Source: Eledone cirrhosa (Eukaryota). Taken from it: a DNA stretch of 64,000 nt. Below the pieces are notes generated by a model. That model had not been told where the DNA came from and did not search any database. It saw nothing but the letters and a program-made list of their open reading frames with translations. Both the position numbers and the translations under genes were made by a program. Of the stretch, positions 61,908-64,000 are shown in pieces. Location: assembly GCA_964016885.1 (NCBI GenBank), contig OZ024747.1:36084001-36148000 (forward strand), given 5' to 3'. How positions within the stretch are numbered: position 1 is the stretch's first letter; every line of letters starts with the position of its first letter.

Positions 61908-63903
61908 ATATATATATATATACTTACATACATATATATTTTTTTTATATTATATATATATATACATACATAAATATATATATACATATATATATATGTA
62001 TATATATATATGTGTGTGTGTGTGTGTGCATATATCTATATATTAACTTTCCTTCTATTACGGACAATTTTAATGAATGCTTCAATTAACCTTATTGCGG
62101 TATGAATTGGAATCTTATAGAATAAGAAGCGACTATCATTTGTTGATGATACATTTTAAGTTCCTTCAGTGTATGCAATTTCTTTAATATGGACAGGACA
62201 ACCAACAATCTCAAGCCTACACATTTTGATAAAATCGGAAATAATGGAATTTATTAGCTCTTCACAAACACACCATAATATAAGTTTATGGTTTCATTAT
62301 CTGTTTATGACATTGATTTGTAAGTTGACGCTTGGCAATTGATCACTGCTCCTCCCTGTTTGTCTTGTGACTCTCACCGTGTATTATGTGTCTTTTGGGT
62401 TTTTCCCACGTACAATTCGTACATTCATGAATATAATTTTCGTAAACTAACTTCCTTTTTAATTTTCCGTAACCTCAGCAGCTGCTCGTTTCCTTTGTAG
62501 AATTCTTAGAGACAGACCAATACAGTTTGCCTTTGATGATATGATGTAGCTGGTTAATCATACAGTATATATCCTACAGATATTATCTTGCTCTAGACGA
62601 TATCCTTACATAATTCTAAACACCGCCAATAACATATTGTTTTGCCTTCCGTTGCAATAACAGTCAGACTAATATTCTTTACTGTTTTGTTATATACACC
62701 CAGTAAATCATTCAGTTTACATGTTAACAGTAACATGTTCACAATTAATAATATTTCGTCGATATTTCCAGCTCATTGTTCCTTGTAAATTCCAGATGTA
62801 TCCCTTTTTAATTAATGAATGAAAACAAATATTTCAATCTTTAATCTAGATGGTAGACCCCAACATTCATTAAAAATATATACATACTATAATATAATTC
62901 TATATTGTATATTTGTTTACTATCGAGTTATGTCATTACAAACTCGTAATTTTACTATTGATTTATGTCATTACAAACTCGTAACTTTTTCAACTTTATA
63001 AGTAGCATATAGAAATTATATTTACATTGTTACGTGGTGTAGTCAAGGCACCTGGTATACATTTTCTTGAATGTCACTTTACTCTCCCTTTTCACTATAC
63101 TTCTAACTTGCAATATATATACAGGATTGCTTAGTTCCGACATTTTGATTATAGTTTCTTTCTTATGAAAGATGACCTACAATAAGCAAACCCAGCAAAG
63201 GAAGAGACCAGCTGTAATGATTGACATGAACAAAGGGCATAGTGATCGACGGATTGCTACTTCAGAAGGAAAGACACTAAAGTCGTTCCAACGGCCATGC
63301 ACAAGGTTACGGCTACTGTGATTCGTATGGACGTAAAGGTCAATGTTATAAGTGTGTGTATATATATATATATATCTCTACACATTTGTCACCAAGGGTT
63401 TGTTGGTTTTGTGGTCCGAATTTGTTATGTAACTCGGTAATCTAATCGAAACAAAAAAAAATGAACGGAGTTTAAATTCTCACCAGAGTTTATTTCCTCT
63501 ATTACAAGTAACGCATCTCGAATTAAAGTAACACACAGGCAGTTGTGCAGCAATATGAAATATATGAATATATATGTACTTATTGTAAAAAGATAAGGAG
63601 GTATAATATTGAAATATAACCATTATAAGTCGCCCACGCTATACATAGATTAATCATCCAGTTTAGCGTTTTCCTTTTGCAAACCTCTTTATGCTTTGTA
63701 TATTCCAATTTAAAGGCCATCAATTATATTGAAAGTTGATGTTATTTAAATCTAGTGCTAATTATGATACTTGCTGCATTAATAGCGCCCGGCCTCATAA
63801 TGCTACGTAGCATCAGAACATATTATTCTGCTGCACATTTACCCTGATCCACTATGAGTATGTCGAATTATATCCCCGTGCTACTGTTTTACTTGTATTA
63901 TTT

Positions 63904-64000
63904 TACCAGTAATACACTGGGTATTTGCTGGCTTTGTGCCAAAAAGTAGAAACAATTATTTATTTACCAAAGTACGGTGGGTTGGCAGTATCGGTAGAGG
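63904..64000 (+). mobile_element. SINE 3' fragment followed by the 5' start of another copy (runs off the window)
   Basis: accagtaatacactggg..gtagaaacaattatt; cggtgggttggcagtatcggtagagg. Confidence 0.75.

Noticed and set aside
62480-62640. Decayed Helitron helicase motifs V/VI on the minus strand
   Set aside because: The motif-like words occur in the wrong order and match poorly.

Overview
AT-rich eukaryotic repeat-dense DNA with no host protein-coding gene that I can support. The tRNA-derived SINE family and the (TA)n/(CA)n density suggest an octopus/cephalopod genome (inference). The window holds decayed non-LTR retrotransposons (two Tx1/L1-clade, one CR1/Jockey-group, two RTE, a CRE 3' tip, a possible R4/Dong remnant), about 14 SINE copies or fragments, a Helitron-like non-autonomous element and at least six Penelope-like element (PLE) fragments (RT and/or GIY-YIG). 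The main unannotated signal is RNA-level. Reading both strands by eye I find about 28 type I hammerhead ribozyme (HHR) motifs in about 13 sequence families. They sit in PLE pseudo-LTRs and in short non-coding tandem or fold-back elements inserted at (TA)n tracts (retrozyme-like, non-autonomous PLE system). Several families have non-canonical cores shared between copies (U3-A8 compensatory swap, U4A, U4C), palindromic stem III (dimer-type HHR) and long stem II insertions. All RNA structures were paired by eye, not computed. Element boundaries are approximate (about +/-10-20 nt).
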